Counted from the stretch's first letter, positions 33,957 through 45,234 are shown. The stretch: DNA of 64,000 nt from an uncultured Actinomycetota bacterium (GCA_963811475.1 CAWERJ010000022.1:20087-84086); one strand, 5' to 3'. The notes: generated by a model from the sequence alone, not told the origin. Numbers and translations: made by a program.

Positions 33957-34475
33957 ATGGCCGACCCCGCACCCGTGACCTCGCGCCCCACGGCGGACGT
34001 CACCCTGCGGGGTGGCGACCTGCCCTGGCAGCCCGTCTCACCGATGCTCGCCCGCGTCCGGCTCATCAGCCTGGGGGCGGTCGTCCTCGTGCTGCTCCTC
34101 GTGACCGGTCTCGTCGGCCTGCTCGTGACCCGGTGGGCCCTCCTGGGTGCACTGGCCGTGGTGCTCGGCGGGCTGTGGGCCGCGTGGCTCGTGATGCGGC
34201 AGGTCAGCGCGATCTCGTGGGTCGAGCTCGACGAGGAGATCGTCATCCGCAAGGGCCGGATGTTCCGCTCCCTCGTCAGCGTGCCGTACGGCCGGCTCCA
34301 GTACGTCGACATCCAGTCCGGCCCCCTCGCGCGGGCCTTCGGCATCGCCTCCTGCGAGATCCACACGGCCTCGCCGGAGAGCGGTGGCTCGCTGCCCGGC
34401 CTGCCCGTCGCCGAGGCGGAGGCCCTGCGCAGCCGGCTCGCCGCCCGGGGCGAGGCCCAGCGGGCCGGCCTGTGA
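33957..34475 (+). CDS. membrane protein with bacterial PH domain (YdbS-like)
   Basis: Two TM helices, VPYGRLQYVDIQSGPL.R.FG. Confidence 0.85.
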   Translation: MADPAPVTSRPTADVTLRGGDLPWQPVSPMLARVRLISLGAVVLVLLLVTGLVGLLVTRWALLGALAVVLGGLWAAWLVMRQVSAISWVELDEEIVIRKGRMFRSLVSVPYGRLQYVDIQSGPLARAFGIASCEIHTASPESGGSLPGLPVAEAEALRSRLAARGEAQRAGL

Positions 34476-36064
34476 CCGATCTCGCTGCACCGCGCCCGGG
34501 GGAGTGGCAGCGGCTCCACCCGCTCTCCCCCCTGCTGCGCGGCGGGGTGGTCCTCATCGCTCTCCTCGGGTACGCCGCCTCCCAGCTGTTCGACCGGGTG
34601 CTCGGCTCCGTGGGCCTCGGCGAGGTCGTGCCGGGCCCCGGTGAGGTGCCGTTCGACGACGGCGACACCGGGCCCCTGGAGCAGGCCGTGGCCCACCCGC
34701 TCCTCGCCCTCGCCCTCCTCGTCGTCTTCCTCGGGCTCGTCGCGCTCGTCAACTGGGTGGCGTGGCGCTTCGCCCGGTTCCGGGTGGGCGGGGGCCAGGT
34801 CGAGCTCCGGCAGGGAGTCCTCTTCCGGCAGCACCGCCAGGTGCCGCTCGAGCGGGTGCAGGCGGTCGAGCTGTCGAGACCCCTCACGGCCCGCGCCCTC
34901 GGGCTCGCCCGGGTCGTCGTGCAGTCGGCGGGCGGCTCAGACTCCACGCTCACCCTGTCCTTCCTCGAGCTCGCGCGCGCCGAGGCAGTGCGTGAGCACC
35001 TCCTCGATCTCGCGGGCCGCTCCGACGAGGAACCGGTCGGCTCGCTCCCGGGTCCGCTCCCCGGTGTCAGCCCACCGACGGATGCCGGGGGGCCCGGACC
35101 CGGCGGCTCGCCCCGGGTCCGCGCCCGGCCGGTTCTCGAGGTGCCGAACGGGCGGCTGTTCGTCGCGACGATCCTCCACGGGTCGACCGTCTTCCTCGGC
35201 CTCGCCCTGGTCGTGGCTCTTTCGGTGGCTGGGGTGCGCAGCGTCGGCCCGCTCGCGCTCGCCGGGGTGCCGGCCATGCTGCCCGTGGCGATCGGCATCG
35301 TCTGGGGTCGGGTCAAGGAGCTGCTCACGCACGGCAACTTCCAGCTCGCCGACGCCGGGACGGGCGTGCGGGTCCACGAGGGCCTCACCGACCTGCGCAC
35401 GACGACGATCCCGCTGCACCGGATCCAGGCCCTCGAGGTCGTCCAGCCACTGTGGTGGCGGTGGCCGGGGTGGTGGCGGATCCGCGTCAACGTCGCCGGC
35501 ACGGCGGGCTCCGGATCCGGCGAGGAGCCGCGCGAGTCGACGCTCCTGCCGGTCGGCACCTTCGACGACGTCAGGCGGGTGCTCGCCCTGCTGGCGCCGC
35601 GGGTGCCGGCCGAGGCGTGGGCCGCGGCGGCGCTCGGCGACGGGCCGGACCCCCGGTGGCGACCCGTGTCTCGGCGCGCCCGGTTCCTCGACCCGCTCTC
35701 GTGGCGCCGCAACGCCTGGTCCGACGGCGCCACGGCAGTACTGCTGCGCTCGGGTCGCCTGACCCGGCGCGCCGTGGCCGTCCCGCACGCGCGCATCCAG
35801 TCGCTGACGGTCACCCAGGGCTGGCTCGAGTCGCGGCTCGGCCTCGCCACGGTGCACCTCGTGCCGGCGCCCGGGCCGGTCGCCCCGGTCCTGCCCCACC
35901 TCGACGTCGAGCAGGCCGAGCACCTCCTCGCCGAGGTCACCTGGCGGGCCCGCGCCGCCCGCCGCCGGCCAGAACCCGAACCCGCATCTCTTGCACCCGA
36001 CCCGTCGGGGTTGGTGGACTGGACCCAGCACCCGCTCGACCTGACCGAACCAGAGAGGCAGTGA
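34472..36064 (+). CDS. membrane protein with repeated bacterial PH domains (YdbT-like)
   Basis: WQRLHPLSP, three P..RVQ/RIQ repeats; GTG overlaps the upstream stop. Confidence 0.85.
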   Translation: MTDLAAPRPGEWQRLHPLSPLLRGGVVLIALLGYAASQLFDRVLGSVGLGEVVPGPGEVPFDDGDTGPLEQAVAHPLLALALLVVFLGLVALVNWVAWRFARFRVGGGQVELRQGVLFRQHRQVPLERVQAVELSRPLTARALGLARVVVQSAGGSDSTLTLSFLELARAEAVREHLLDLAGRSDEEPVGSLPGPLPGVSPPTDAGGPGPGGSPRVRARPVLEVPNGRLFVATILHGSTVFLGLALVVALSVAGVRSVGPLALAGVPAMLPVAIGIVWGRVKELLTHGNFQLADAGTGVRVHEGLTDLRTTTIPLHRIQALEVVQPLWWRWPGWWRIRVNVAGTAGSGSGEEPRESTLLPVGTFDDVRRVLALLAPRVPAEAWAAAALGDGPDPRWRPVSRRARFLDPLSWRRNAWSDGATAVLLRSGRLTRRAVAVPHARIQSLTVTQGWLESRLGLATVHLVPAPGPVAPVLPHLDVEQAEHLLAEVTWRARAARRRPEPEPASLAPDPSGLVDWTQHPLDLTEPERQ

Positions 36065-36068
36065 GACC

Positions 36069-36512
36069 GTGAACACCCCCGCCCCACCTCCGGTCGACCC
36101 CGGCGCGAACGGCTCGGGAGCCGTCGAGCGCCTGGGGTTCGCCCGTGACCAGGTGGTCCAGGAGTTCGGCTACGACTCCGACGTGGCCGACGACTTCCGC
36201 TTCGCCGTCGAGGACGCCTGCGGTGGGGAGATCGAGGACGAGGACTACACCGGGGGCGCCGACGCGGTGCTCCTCTGGTGGCGCGACGGCGACGGGGACC
36301 TCGGCGACGCGCTCGTCGACATGGTCGGGGTGCTCGACGACGGGGGGTTCGTCGTGCTCCTCACGCCGAAGGCCGCTGGTGACGAGGTGGACCCCAGCGA
36401 GATCGACGAGGCCGCGGTGACGGCCGGGCTGCACACGGCCGGCACCTTCAACGCGTCCACCGGGTGGCGCGCCCACCGCCTCGTCGCCCCACGCACCCGG
36501 GTCCGCCGCTGA
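36069..36512 (+). CDS. DUF3052 family protein
   Basis: VVQEFGYDSDV, DAVLLWWRDGDGDL, LLTPK. Confidence 0.88.
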   Translation: MNTPAPPPVDPGANGSGAVERLGFARDQVVQEFGYDSDVADDFRFAVEDACGGEIEDEDYTGGADAVLLWWRDGDGDLGDALVDMVGVLDDGGFVVLLTPKAAGDEVDPSEIDEAAVTAGLHTAGTFNASTGWRAHRLVAPRTRVRR

Positions 36513-36616
36513 GCGGGCGCACCCCGCGGCGGCATGGTCGCTGCGCGCCCGCAGGGTTGTCGAAGGCCGAGGCGCCCGAGGTCGGGCCATCGGGCTCCGG
36601 CTGGCAGGATGGACGC

Positions 36617-37096
36617 ATGGCCTCGTCCACCGTCACGCCGCTCGCCGTCGGCGACGTCGCGCCCGACTTCACCCTGCGCGACCAGAACGGTGTCGAGGTC
36701 TCCCTGCGCGAGCTGACAGCCGAGAAGAACGTCGTCATCGTCTTCTACCCCTTCGCCTTCTCCGGCATCTGCACCGGCGAGCTCGACGAGATCCGGGACC
36801 ACCTCGAGCGGTTCGTCTCCGACGACCTGCAGGTCGTGTGCATCTCGTGCGACCCGGTGTTCGGGCTGCGGGCCTGGGCCGACATCCAGGGCTACTTCTT
36901 CCCCCTGCTGTCCGACTACTGGCCGCACGGCGCCGTCACGAGGGCCTACGGGGTGCTCAACGAGCAGACCGGCGCCCCGGTGCGCGGCACCTTCCTCGTG
37001 GGCCGTGACGGGCTCGTGCGCTGGACCCTCGTCAACGGGCCGGGGGAACGGCGCGACTTCAGCGAGCTTCCCACCGAGGTCGCGGCTCTGCGCTGA
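36617..37096 (+). CDS. peroxiredoxin (AhpE-like)
   Basis: APDFTLRDQ, FYPFAFSGICTGE, LLSDYWPHG. Confidence 0.9.
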   Translation: MASSTVTPLAVGDVAPDFTLRDQNGVEVSLRELTAEKNVVIVFYPFAFSGICTGELDEIRDHLERFVSDDLQVVCISCDPVFGLRAWADIQGYFFPLLSDYWPHGAVTRAYGVLNEQTGAPVRGTFLVGRDGLVRWTLVNGPGERRDFSELPTEVAALR

Positions 37097-37162
37097 GCCG
37101 CCGCGGCGCACCTGCCACAATGTGCGCGGCCGGCCGGCCGCCCACGGGCGCCCGGCGGCCGC

Positions 37163-37235
37163 GGGCCTGTAGCTCAGCTGGTAGAGCGCCGCGTTTACAC
37201 CGCGAAGGTCGTCGGTTCGATCCCGGCCGGGCCCA
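37163..37235 (+). tRNA. tRNA-Val(TAC)
   Basis: GGGCCTGTAGCTCAGCTGGTAGAGC, CGCG-TTTACAC-CGCG, GGTTCGATCCC, GGGCCCA. Confidence 0.93.
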
Positions 37236-37236
37236 C

Positions 37237-38088
37237 ATGAGCGACGCCGACGTCCTGACCCTGCGCGAGGTGCTCGAGGTCGTCGAACACCTCTACCCGC
37301 CCGCCACCGCGCAGTCCTGGGACCGCGTCGGGCTCGTCACCGGCGACCCTGACCAGCCGGTCCGGCGGGTGCACCTGGCCGTCGACCCCACCCTCGCCGT
37401 GATCGAGGAGGCCCGCGCCCTGGGCGCCGACCTCCTCCTGGCCCACCACCCGCTCCTCCTGCGCGGGGTGCACGGTGTCGCCACGACGAGCGCCAAGGGG
37501 GCCGCGGTGACCCACCTCGTCGTGGGCGACGTCGCCCTCTACGTGGCCCACACGAACGCCGACGTCGCGGCCGAGGGGGTGGCAGCGGCGCTCGCCGACG
37601 CCTGTGGGCTGGAGGCCACCGAGCCCCTCACCGTCGTCGAGGGCCAACCCCTCGGCCGGGTCGGCGACCTGGCCGACGCGCTCCGGCTGCGAACGTTCGT
37701 CGAGCGGCTGGCGAGCCGGCTGCCGGCGGCTGCGGGCGGCATCCGCGTGTCCGGTCCCGCCGACGCGCAGGTGCGGCGCGTCGCCGTGCTCGGTGGAGCG
37801 GGTGACGACCTCTTCGACGCGGTGCGGTCGAGCCGGGCGGACGTCTACGTCACCGCCGACCTGCGGCACCACCCGGCGCTGGAGGCGCGCGAGGAGGCCC
37901 GCGGCGGCCCGCCGTACCTCGTGGACGCCGGGCACTGGGCGAGCGAGCAGGTGTGGCTGGCGCGGGCCGAGCGGGCGCTGCGCGGCGCCCTGGGGGAGCG
38001 CGCGACTAGGGTGGACACCCACATCAGCACAGTGCGCACCGACCCCTGGACCTTCGTCGTCGGTGCCGACCCCGGAGGTACGTCGTGA
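37237..38088 (+). CDS. Nif3-like dinuclear metal center hexameric protein
   Basis: WDRVGL, HHPL, HTNAD, TADLRHH, GHWASE. Confidence 0.92.
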   Translation: MSDADVLTLREVLEVVEHLYPPATAQSWDRVGLVTGDPDQPVRRVHLAVDPTLAVIEEARALGADLLLAHHPLLLRGVHGVATTSAKGAAVTHLVVGDVALYVAHTNADVAAEGVAAALADACGLEATEPLTVVEGQPLGRVGDLADALRLRTFVERLASRLPAAAGGIRVSGPADAQVRRVAVLGGAGDDLFDAVRSSRADVYVTADLRHHPALEAREEARGGPPYLVDAGHWASEQVWLARAERALRGALGERATRVDTHISTVRTDPWTFVVGADPGGTS

Positions 38089-38826
38089 ACGCCGAGTCCG
38101 CCCGCCAGCTGCGGCTGCTCGACCTCCAGGCGATCGACACCCGGCTCGACCAGATCGCCCACGCCCGCACCCACCTCCCGGAGCTCGCCGAGCTCGCCGA
38201 CCTGCAGGGGAAGGCGGGGCTGCATCGACGACCAGCTCATCCGGTCGCGCACCGAGCTGGCCGACGTCCAGCGCGAGGTGGCCAAGGCGGAGGCCGACGT
38301 CCAGCTGGTGCGCGACCGCGCCGCCCGCGACCGGGCCCGGCTCGACGCCGGGACGGGCACCGCCAAGGACCTCCAGGCGATCCAGCACGAGCTCGTGTCG
38401 CTCGCGCGCCGCCAGGCCGAGCTCGAGGACGTCGAGATCGAGATCATGGAGCGCGCGGAGGCCGCCGAGTCCGACGTCGCCGAGCTCGAGCGCGGCCGGG
38501 GCGAGCTGACGACGCGGATCGAGGCCCTCGAGGCCGCCCGCGACGAGGCGCTCGCCCGGCTCGACGGCGAGGCGGCGGAGGTCGGCCGCCCGCGGACCAC
38601 CGTGGTGGACGAGGTGGGCGCCGACCTCGTCGCGCTCTACGAGAAGATCCGTACCTCCAACGCCGGCACCGGGGCGGCGGCCCTGCGCCAGCGCCGGTGC
38701 GGCGGGTGCCAGCTCGAGCTCAACCCGGTCGAGATCCAGCGGATCCGCCTCGCCCCGAGCGACGAGGTGCTGCGCTGCGAGGAGTGCCGGCGCATCCTCG
38801 TGCGCACGCCCGAGTCGGGCCTGTGA
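38085..38826 (+). CDS. coiled-coil plus C4 zinc-ribbon protein (apparent frameshift near 38220)
   Basis: LLDLQAID..., CGGC...CEECRRIL. Confidence 0.88.
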
Positions 38827-39754
38827 GCCGTCGGCTCACCGTCGAGGCGGACGGCGGGTCGCGCGGCAACCCGGGAGTGGCCGGGTACGGAGCGCTCGTG
38901 CGCGACGGGGACACCGGCGCGCTGCTCGCCGAGCGGGCCGAACCCCTCGGGCGGGTCTCCAACAACGTCGCCGAGTACCGCGGGCTCATCGCCGGCCTCG
39001 AGGCGGCCGCGGCCCTGGACCCCGCCGCCGACGTGCTCGTGCGCCTGGACTCCAAGCTCGTCGTCGAGCAGATGTCCGGGCGCTGGAAGATCAAGCACGA
39101 GGACATGCGTCGCCTCGCGCTGCAGGCGCGCGACCTGGCGGCGGGCATCGTCGCCGCCGGCGGGTCGGTGCGCTACGAGTGGATCCCCCGAGCCGAGAAC
39201 ACCGACGCCGACGCGCTGTCGAACGTCGCGATGGACGGCCGCACGGTCGACCGGGTCCACGACGGCTCCACCTCGGCGGCGCCGCCGTCACGGCATCCGA
39301 GGCACCCGCCTGCGCTCCCGCGCCGCGGCTGCCGGGCACGCCGGTGCGGGTCGTGCTCGTCGCCGAGGCGGGCGACGACGAGCGCCGGCGGGGCGCGGCG
39401 GCGGCGGTCTCGGGTGTCCTCGGCGCCGCGCCGCGCTGCCTGCTCACCGCGCCCTCCGACGGCGCCGTCGAGACGGCGGCCGAGGTCGGCTCCGCGCTCG
39501 GGGCGGACGCCGTCGTCGACCCGGCCTGGGGTGGCGGAGGCGATGACCTCGTCGACGCGTGGGAGCGGGTCGTCGCGCGTGGAGGCACGACCGTCGTCGT
39601 CTGCCCGCCGGATGCCGTGCAGGGGGTGCTCGGCCACGTCCTGGGGGTGCCGGTGGAGCGCCGCGCCCGGCTCGCGGTCGCCGCCGGGTCGCTCGCCGGT
39701 GTGGAGGTCTGGGGCGACGACGACGTCTCGGTCGCGTTCACGAACCGCACCTGA
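38823..39754 (+). CDS. RNase HI-like domain fused to a degenerate histidine-phosphatase-like domain (apparent frameshift near 39285)
   Basis: EADGGSRGNPG, NNVAEY, DSKLVVEQMSG.W, WIPRAENTDAD; C-terminal part lacks the RHG motif. Confidence 0.8.
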
Positions 39755-39797
39755 GACGGCGGGGCGGGCTCCGGCGGGTCCGGCCTACGCTCGGTCC

Positions 39798-40211
39798 ATG
39801 AGCTATGCAGGTGACGTGACGCCGGCCGAGGCGTACGCGGCTGCCAACGGCGACGAGGACGCGCTCCTCGTCGACGTGCGCACCCGCGCCGAGTGGACCT
39901 ACGTCGGTGTGCCGGTGCTCGAGAACCCGGCCCGCGAGGTCGTCTTCGTCGAGTGGTCGACCTACCCGGACGGCCGGCTCAACGAGCGCTTCGTCGACGA
40001 GGTCCGCGCGGCGGGGGTGCGCCCGGGGCGCCCCGTCTACCTCCTGTGCCGCTCCGGCATGCGGTCGCGGTCGGCGGCGGAGGCCTTGACGGATGCCGGC
40101 CTCGGCCCCGCCTTCAACGTCGCCCAGGGGTTCGAGGGAGGCCACGACCCGGTGGGTCACCGTGCGGCGACCGGCTGGAAGAACGCCGGCCTCCCGTGGC
40201 ACCAGGGGTAG
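39798..40211 (+). CDS. rhodanese-like protein
   Basis: LVDVRTRAEW, CRSGMRS, GFEG...GWK. Confidence 0.9.
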   Translation: MSYAGDVTPAEAYAAANGDEDALLVDVRTRAEWTYVGVPVLENPAREVVFVEWSTYPDGRLNERFVDEVRAAGVRPGRPVYLLCRSGMRSRSAAEALTDAGLGPAFNVAQGFEGGHDPVGHRAATGWKNAGLPWHQG

Positions 40212-40213
40212 GC

Positions 40214-41426
40214 GTGGACCCGCAGGACTGGCACCCGCGCACCCAGGCCGTCCGGGGCGGCCTCGCGCGCAGCCAGTTCGACGAGACGGCCGAGGCGCTC
40301 TACCTCACCTCGGGGTTCGTCTACGAGTCCGCCGAGCAGGCGGAGGCGGCGTTCAAGGACGAGGTGGAGCACTACATCTACAGCCGGTACGGCAACCCGA
40401 CGGTGTCGACGTTCGAGGAGCGCATGCGCCTGCATCGAGGGCGCGGAGGCGTGCTTCGCGACGGCATCCGGCATGGCGGCGGTGTTCACGGCGATGGCGG
40501 CGCTGTGCGGCGCGGGCGACCGCGTCGTGTCGTCGCGGGCACTGTTCGGCTCGTGCTTCGTCATCCTCGACGAGATCCTGCCGCGTTGGGGGGTCGAGAC
40601 CGTCTTCGTGGACGGCGCCGACCTCGACCAGTGGCGTGACGCCCTCTCGGTGCCGACGACCGCGGTCTTCTTCGAGACGCCGAGCAACCCCATGCAGGAG
40701 CTCGTCGACATCGCCGCGGTGTCCGAGCTCGCGCACACGGCGGGGGCCACCGTCGTCGTCGACAACGTGTTCGGCACCCCGGTGTTCTCGCACCCCCTCG
40801 CGCACGGGGCCGACGTCGTCGTGTACTCGGCGACGAAGCACATCGACGGGCAGGGCCGGGCCCTCGGCGGGGCCGTCCTCGGGCCGCGGGAGTTCGTCGA
40901 CGGGCCGGTCAAGAACCTCATGAGGCACACCGGGCCGTCCCTGTCGCCGTTCAACGCCTGGGTGCTGACCAAGGGGCTGGAGACCCTCGACCTGCGGGTG
41001 CACCGGATGGCGGAGTCGGCCGTCACCGTCGCGCGCACGCTCGAGGCGTGGCAGCAGGCGGGGCGGGGCGTGCGGCGGGTGCTCTACCCGCACCTGCCGA
41101 GCCACCCGCAGCACGATCTCGCCCTCCGCCAGCTCGAGGGCGGGGCCGGCACCGTGGTCACCCTCGAGGTCGCGGGCGGTCGCGAGGGCGCCTTCGCGTT
41201 CATGAACGCCCTGGAGCTCGTCGACATCTCCAACAACCTCGGTGACGCCAAGTCGATGACCACCCATCCCGCGACGACGACGCACCGCCGGCTCGAGCCC
41301 GAGGCCCGGGCCGCCGTCGGCATCACCGACGGCACGGTCCGCCTGTCGGTGGGGCTCGAGGACGTCCGGGACCTGGTCGCCGACCTCGACACGGCCCTGG
41401 CCCGGGCCGACGCGCTGCCCGGCTGA
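40214..41426 (+). CDS. metZ: O-succinylhomoserine sulfhydrylase (apparent frameshift near 40432)
   Basis: YSRYGNPTV, SGMAA, ETPSNP, YSATKHIDGQG, NNLGDAKS. Confidence 0.88.
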
Positions 41427-41448
41427 CCCGGCTGTTAGCGTCGCCGGC

Positions 41449-41940
41449 ATGAGCGACGTCCTCTCCGTGCAGCGCCTGGTCCCCAGCGGTCCGGAGCCGA
41501 TCTTCGACCTGCTCGTCGACCCGGCGGGCCACGTCGACATCGACGGTGGGGAGAGCGTCAAGCACGCCCGCAGTGGCGGGCGACGGCTCTCGCTCGGCGA
41601 CCGCTTCGGCATGGACATGCACCTGGGCGTCGCCTACTCGACCCGCAACACGGTGATCGAGCTCGAGGAGAACCGGCGGATCGCCTGGCAGACGACCGCC
41701 GGCGGGCCGGCCGGCGCGGTCCTCGGGGGCCGCATCTGGCGCTACCTCCTCGAGCCGGTCGAGGGCGGCACCCTCGTCACCGAGGAGTGGGACCTCTCCC
41801 GCGAGAGGTGGACGAGCAGGCCCGTCGTCAAGGTGACGATGACGGCATCCACGCGACGCAACATGGAGCGCACCCTCGCCCGCATCGAGCAGCTCGTGAC
41901 GGGTGGGCCTGGGCCTCAGGCGTCCTCGGACACCCGCTGA
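41449..41940 (+). CDS. SRPBCC family protein
   Basis: IFDLLVDPAGHVDIDG...RRIAW...WRYLLEP...TLVTEEWD. Confidence 0.8.
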   Translation: MSDVLSVQRLVPSGPEPIFDLLVDPAGHVDIDGGESVKHARSGGRRLSLGDRFGMDMHLGVAYSTRNTVIELEENRRIAWQTTAGGPAGAVLGGRIWRYLLEPVEGGTLVTEEWDLSRERWTSRPVVKVTMTASTRRNMERTLARIEQLVTGGPGPQASSDTR

Positions 41941-42806
41941 CGTTCGTCCGCGACCCCCGCCATCGCCCACCGGACGGCGCCCGTGCCGAGGTGGCCCGCT
42001 CCGCTCGCGAGCGTCGCGAGCGGCCCCTCGACGGGCAGGCGCAGTGCCCGTCGGGCCCACCCCGGCAGCAGCGCGACCCCGCCGCCGGCGATCAGCCCGT
42101 AGCCCGGGCGGGCGACCCACGGCAGCGGCGGGTCGAGCAGCAGGAAGCGCGCGGCATCCCGCGCGGCAGGAGTCGCCTCGAGCTCGGGACGGAAGCCGGT
42201 CAACGCGGCGTCGAGCTCGGCCGTCGTCGTCGGCAGGTCGGTGGCGCCCAGCCGCTCGGCCACGAGGGCCGACTGCGTGACGTACGTGTCGGCCTCGGCC
42301 GGGGTCAGCGGCTCGACGGCGTAGCGCTGGTACGCGGCGAGGAAGCTGTGGGCCTCGGCGACGTGGACCCAGCCCAGGAGGTGCGGGTCGGCGGCGCGGT
42401 AGGGCCGACCGCGGTGGTCGCGACCCCGCACCCGCTCGTGGATCGCGCGGACCCGGGCGATGGCCGCCTCGGCGTCCTCGACCGTCCCGAACGTCGTCGT
42501 CGCGAGGAAGTGGGACGTCCGCTGGAGGCGCCCCCACGGGTCCCCCCGGTAGCCGCTGTGGCCGGCGACGCCCGCCATGGCGAGGGGGTGGAGCGACTGC
42601 AGGAGCAGGGCGGCCATCCCGCCCGGGAACATCGCGGCGTCGGCGTGCACGCGCCACACCGGGTCCTCGGGGGAGAACCACCGCTTCCCGGGGCGCCCCC
42701 AGATGACCTTCGCCCGCTCGGTGGCGTCGTCACCGGCCACCCGGGACCGCAGGGCGGCCCCGAGCCGGCGTTGCGCCGTGTGGCCGAGGTCGGTGAGGGG
42801 ACGCAT
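41916..42806 (-). CDS. oxygenase MpaB (DUF2236) family protein
   Basis: ALLLQSLHPLAMAGV, RLQRT, YRAADPHLLGWVH. Confidence 0.88.
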   Translation of the reverse strand: MRPLTDLGHTAQRRLGAALRSRVAGDDATERAKVIWGRPGKRWFSPEDPVWRVHADAAMFPGGMAALLLQSLHPLAMAGVAGHSGYRGDPWGRLQRTSHFLATTTFGTVEDAEAAIARVRAIHERVRGRDHRGRPYRAADPHLLGWVHVAEAHSFLAAYQRYAVEPLTPAEADTYVTQSALVAERLGATDLPTTTAELDAALTGFRPELEATPAARDAARFLLLDPPLPWVARPGYGLIAGGGVALLPGWARRALRLPVEGPLATLASGAGHLGTGAVRWAMAGVADERQRVSEDA

Positions 42807-42900
42807 CGTGCTCCGATCCGAGGTGGGGTGCCGAAGCGCACAACGTCGACGGCGCCCTCGGTCACGCTCGCGTGTCGAAGGTGGGCCGACGTGACCTGCC

Positions 42901-43656
42901 TCACGCCGTCACGGTGCGGTGACGTCGAGGACCCACGGCCCGCGTGCGCTCGTCGGCGCGTGGAGGCGGACGTCGAACCGGTCGGCCACGACCGCGGCGA
43001 GCGCGGGCACGGACGCGGGTGGCGACCCCGGCCTCGCACAGGTGCCGGGCGACGAGCCCGCGGATGTGCTTGGCCTGGTGGCTCGCCCCGGGCGCCCGAA
43101 CCTGCACCCAGCGGGGGGCGAGGTCGGCACCGGGTCGCCACGCGGCGGCATACGCCGCCGAGCGGCAGTCGACGACGAGGCCGCGTCCGGCCAGCCCCGG
43201 GAGAACGGTGTCGAGGGCCGGGCGCCACGCCTGCGCCAGCGGCCCGAGACCGGGGAGCGTGGCTCCCATCGACAGGCGGTAGGCGGTGATCCGGTCGGTC
43301 GGTCGGACCGCGCCGTGGAGGGCGGAGACGACCACCAGCCACCGGTTCGCCCGGCGGCGGGCGGCGGTCCCCAGCGTGGCGAGGTCGAGCGCGTCGTAGA
43401 GCACGCCGGTGTACACCTCCGCGGCCGGGGTCGCGGGAGCGGAGTCGAGGACGAGGTTGGCCGCCACCTCGTCGAGGAGCCCCGCGGAGACGCCGAGCAG
43501 CGCCGCGGCGTCCGGGGAGCGGCTCGCCTCGACGAGTGCTGCCGCCACCGTGGCCCGGGTGGCCGCGAGCTGCGGGAACGACCAGGTGGTCGGGTCGGCG
43601 GGCCTGCCGCGGCGGCGGTTCCACTTGGACTCCGACGGCGGGAGCAGGATCAGCAC
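42901..43656 (-). CDS. YaaA family peroxide stress protein (probable frameshift near 3' end)
   Basis: MLILLPPSESK, YTGVLYDAL, YRLSM, VVDCRS. Confidence 0.85.
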   Translation of the reverse strand: MLILLPPSESKWNRRRGRPADPTTWSFPQLAATRATVAAALVEASRSPDAAALLGVSAGLLDEVAANLVLDSAPATPAAEVYTGVLYDALDLATLGTAARRRANRWLVVVSALHGAVRPTDRITAYRLSMGATLPGLGPLAQAWRPALDTVLPGLAGRGLVVDCRSAAYAAAWRPGADLAPRWVQVRAPGASHQAKHIRGLVARHLCEAGVATRVRARARRGRGRPVRRPPPRADERTRAVGPRRHRTVTA

Positions 43657-43687
43657 GCAGGCAGCCTACGGAGGTTAGGTTGGCGCC

Positions 43688-45137
43688 ATGCCGCACCCCC
43701 GCGTCCGCCTGGCCCCGACCGACGCCGACATCCCCGACGGGGTGCTGCGGGCCCTGCGCGACCGGTTCGCGGCGGTGCGCACCGAGCTCGGCCTCTCCCT
43801 CGACTACCCGAGCGCCGGCGCTCGAGGAGGCGGAGCGCGTGGCGGGGTCGCCGCCGGACCTGCCGACGCAGGACGAGACGGACCTGCCGTTCTTCACCCT
43901 CGACCCGCCGGGCTCGATGGACCTCGACCAGGCGATGCACCTCGAGCGCGACGGGACGGGGCACCGCATCCGGTACGCCATCGCCGACGTCCCGGCCTTC
44001 GTCCGCCTCGGGGGAGACCTCGACCGGGTCACCCGCGAGCGCGGCCAGACGGTGTACTGCCCCGACGTGCGGGTGCCGCTGCATCCGGAGGTGCTCTCCG
44101 AGGGAGCGGCGAGCCTGCTCCCGGATGCCGTGCGGCCGGCCTACGTGTGGGACCTGCGGCTCGACGCCTCGGGCGCCCTCGCGTCGGCGGAGGTGCACCG
44201 CGCCATGGTGCGCAGCGTGGCGCGGCTGGACTACGCCGGGGTGCAGGCGGCGGTCGACGCCGGGACCGACGACGAGCGCTTCCTCCTCCTGCGGGAGATC
44301 GGGGAACGGCGGATCGACCAGGAGCGTGCGCGGGGCGGGGCGAGCCTGCCGATGCCCGAGCAGCAGGTGCGCGAACGCGAGGACGGGGGCTTCACCCTCG
44401 AGTTCCGGCCGCCGGTGCCGGCGGAGGAGTGGAACGCGCAGGTGTCCCTCGTCACCGGGATGGCGGCCGCCGAGCTCATGCTCGGGGCGGGGGTCGGCGT
44501 GCTGCGCACGATGCCGCCACCAGCGCCCGAGGCGGTGGACCGCTTCCGGCGGGCGGCGAAGGGCCTGGGCGCCGACTGGCCGAACGGGATGCCGTACGGC
44601 GAGTTCGTCAGGGGCCTGGACCGGACGAACCCTCGGCACCTCGCCCTCATCCACGAGGCCACGGCCCTCTTCCGCGGCGCCGGCTACACCGCGTTCGACG
44701 GCGAGCCGCCCGAGGAGCGCGAGCACGCGGCCGTCGCTGCTCCGTACGCCCACGTCACCGCTCCGCTGCGGCGGCTCGTCGACCGCTTCGGCCTCGTCGT
44801 CTGCGAGGCCGCCTGCCGCGGCGCCGACGTGCCGGATGCCGTGCGCGCCGCGCTCCCCGACCTCGCGGCGCACATGCGCGAGTCCGACCGGCGGGCCCGC
44901 ACAGCCGAGCGGGCCTGCTCCGACGCCACCGAGGCGGCGGTGCTGCAGGGGCGGGAGGGGGACAGCTTCGGCGCCGTGGTCCTCGACCACACCGAGAAGG
45001 GCATGGAGGTGCAGCTGGTCGACCTCCCGGTGCTGGCCCGGCTCACCGGCGACCGCTCGCCGCTGGGGTCACGCGTCACGGCCCGGCTCGACCTGGCCGA
45101 CGTGCGCGCCGGGCAGGTGCGGTTCAGCGTGGGCTGA
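43688..45137 (+). CDS. RNB-domain (RNase II/R family) ribonuclease (apparent frameshift near 43820)
   Basis: TLDPPGSMDLDQA, AIADV, YAHVTAPLRRLVDR. Confidence 0.9.
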
Positions 45138-45234
45138 GCCGACCGGCATCCCGTCGTGAGCGCGGAACCGGCTGCCCAGGCGACCACGTCCGCACTCGCC
45201 GCGGGACGGCGGTCGTCAGCACTACAGTGGATGT

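Noticed and set aside
32861-36064. 1067-aa ORF as a single fusion protein
   Set aside because: It runs antisense through fdhD, through the hydrolase relic and off-frame over the YdbS-like gene; the real gene starts at GTG 34472
39755-39797. SAM riboswitch upstream of rhodanese-metZ
   Set aside because: The gap is only ~43 nt with TACGCT 6 nt before ATG (leaderless); no room or motif for a riboswitch
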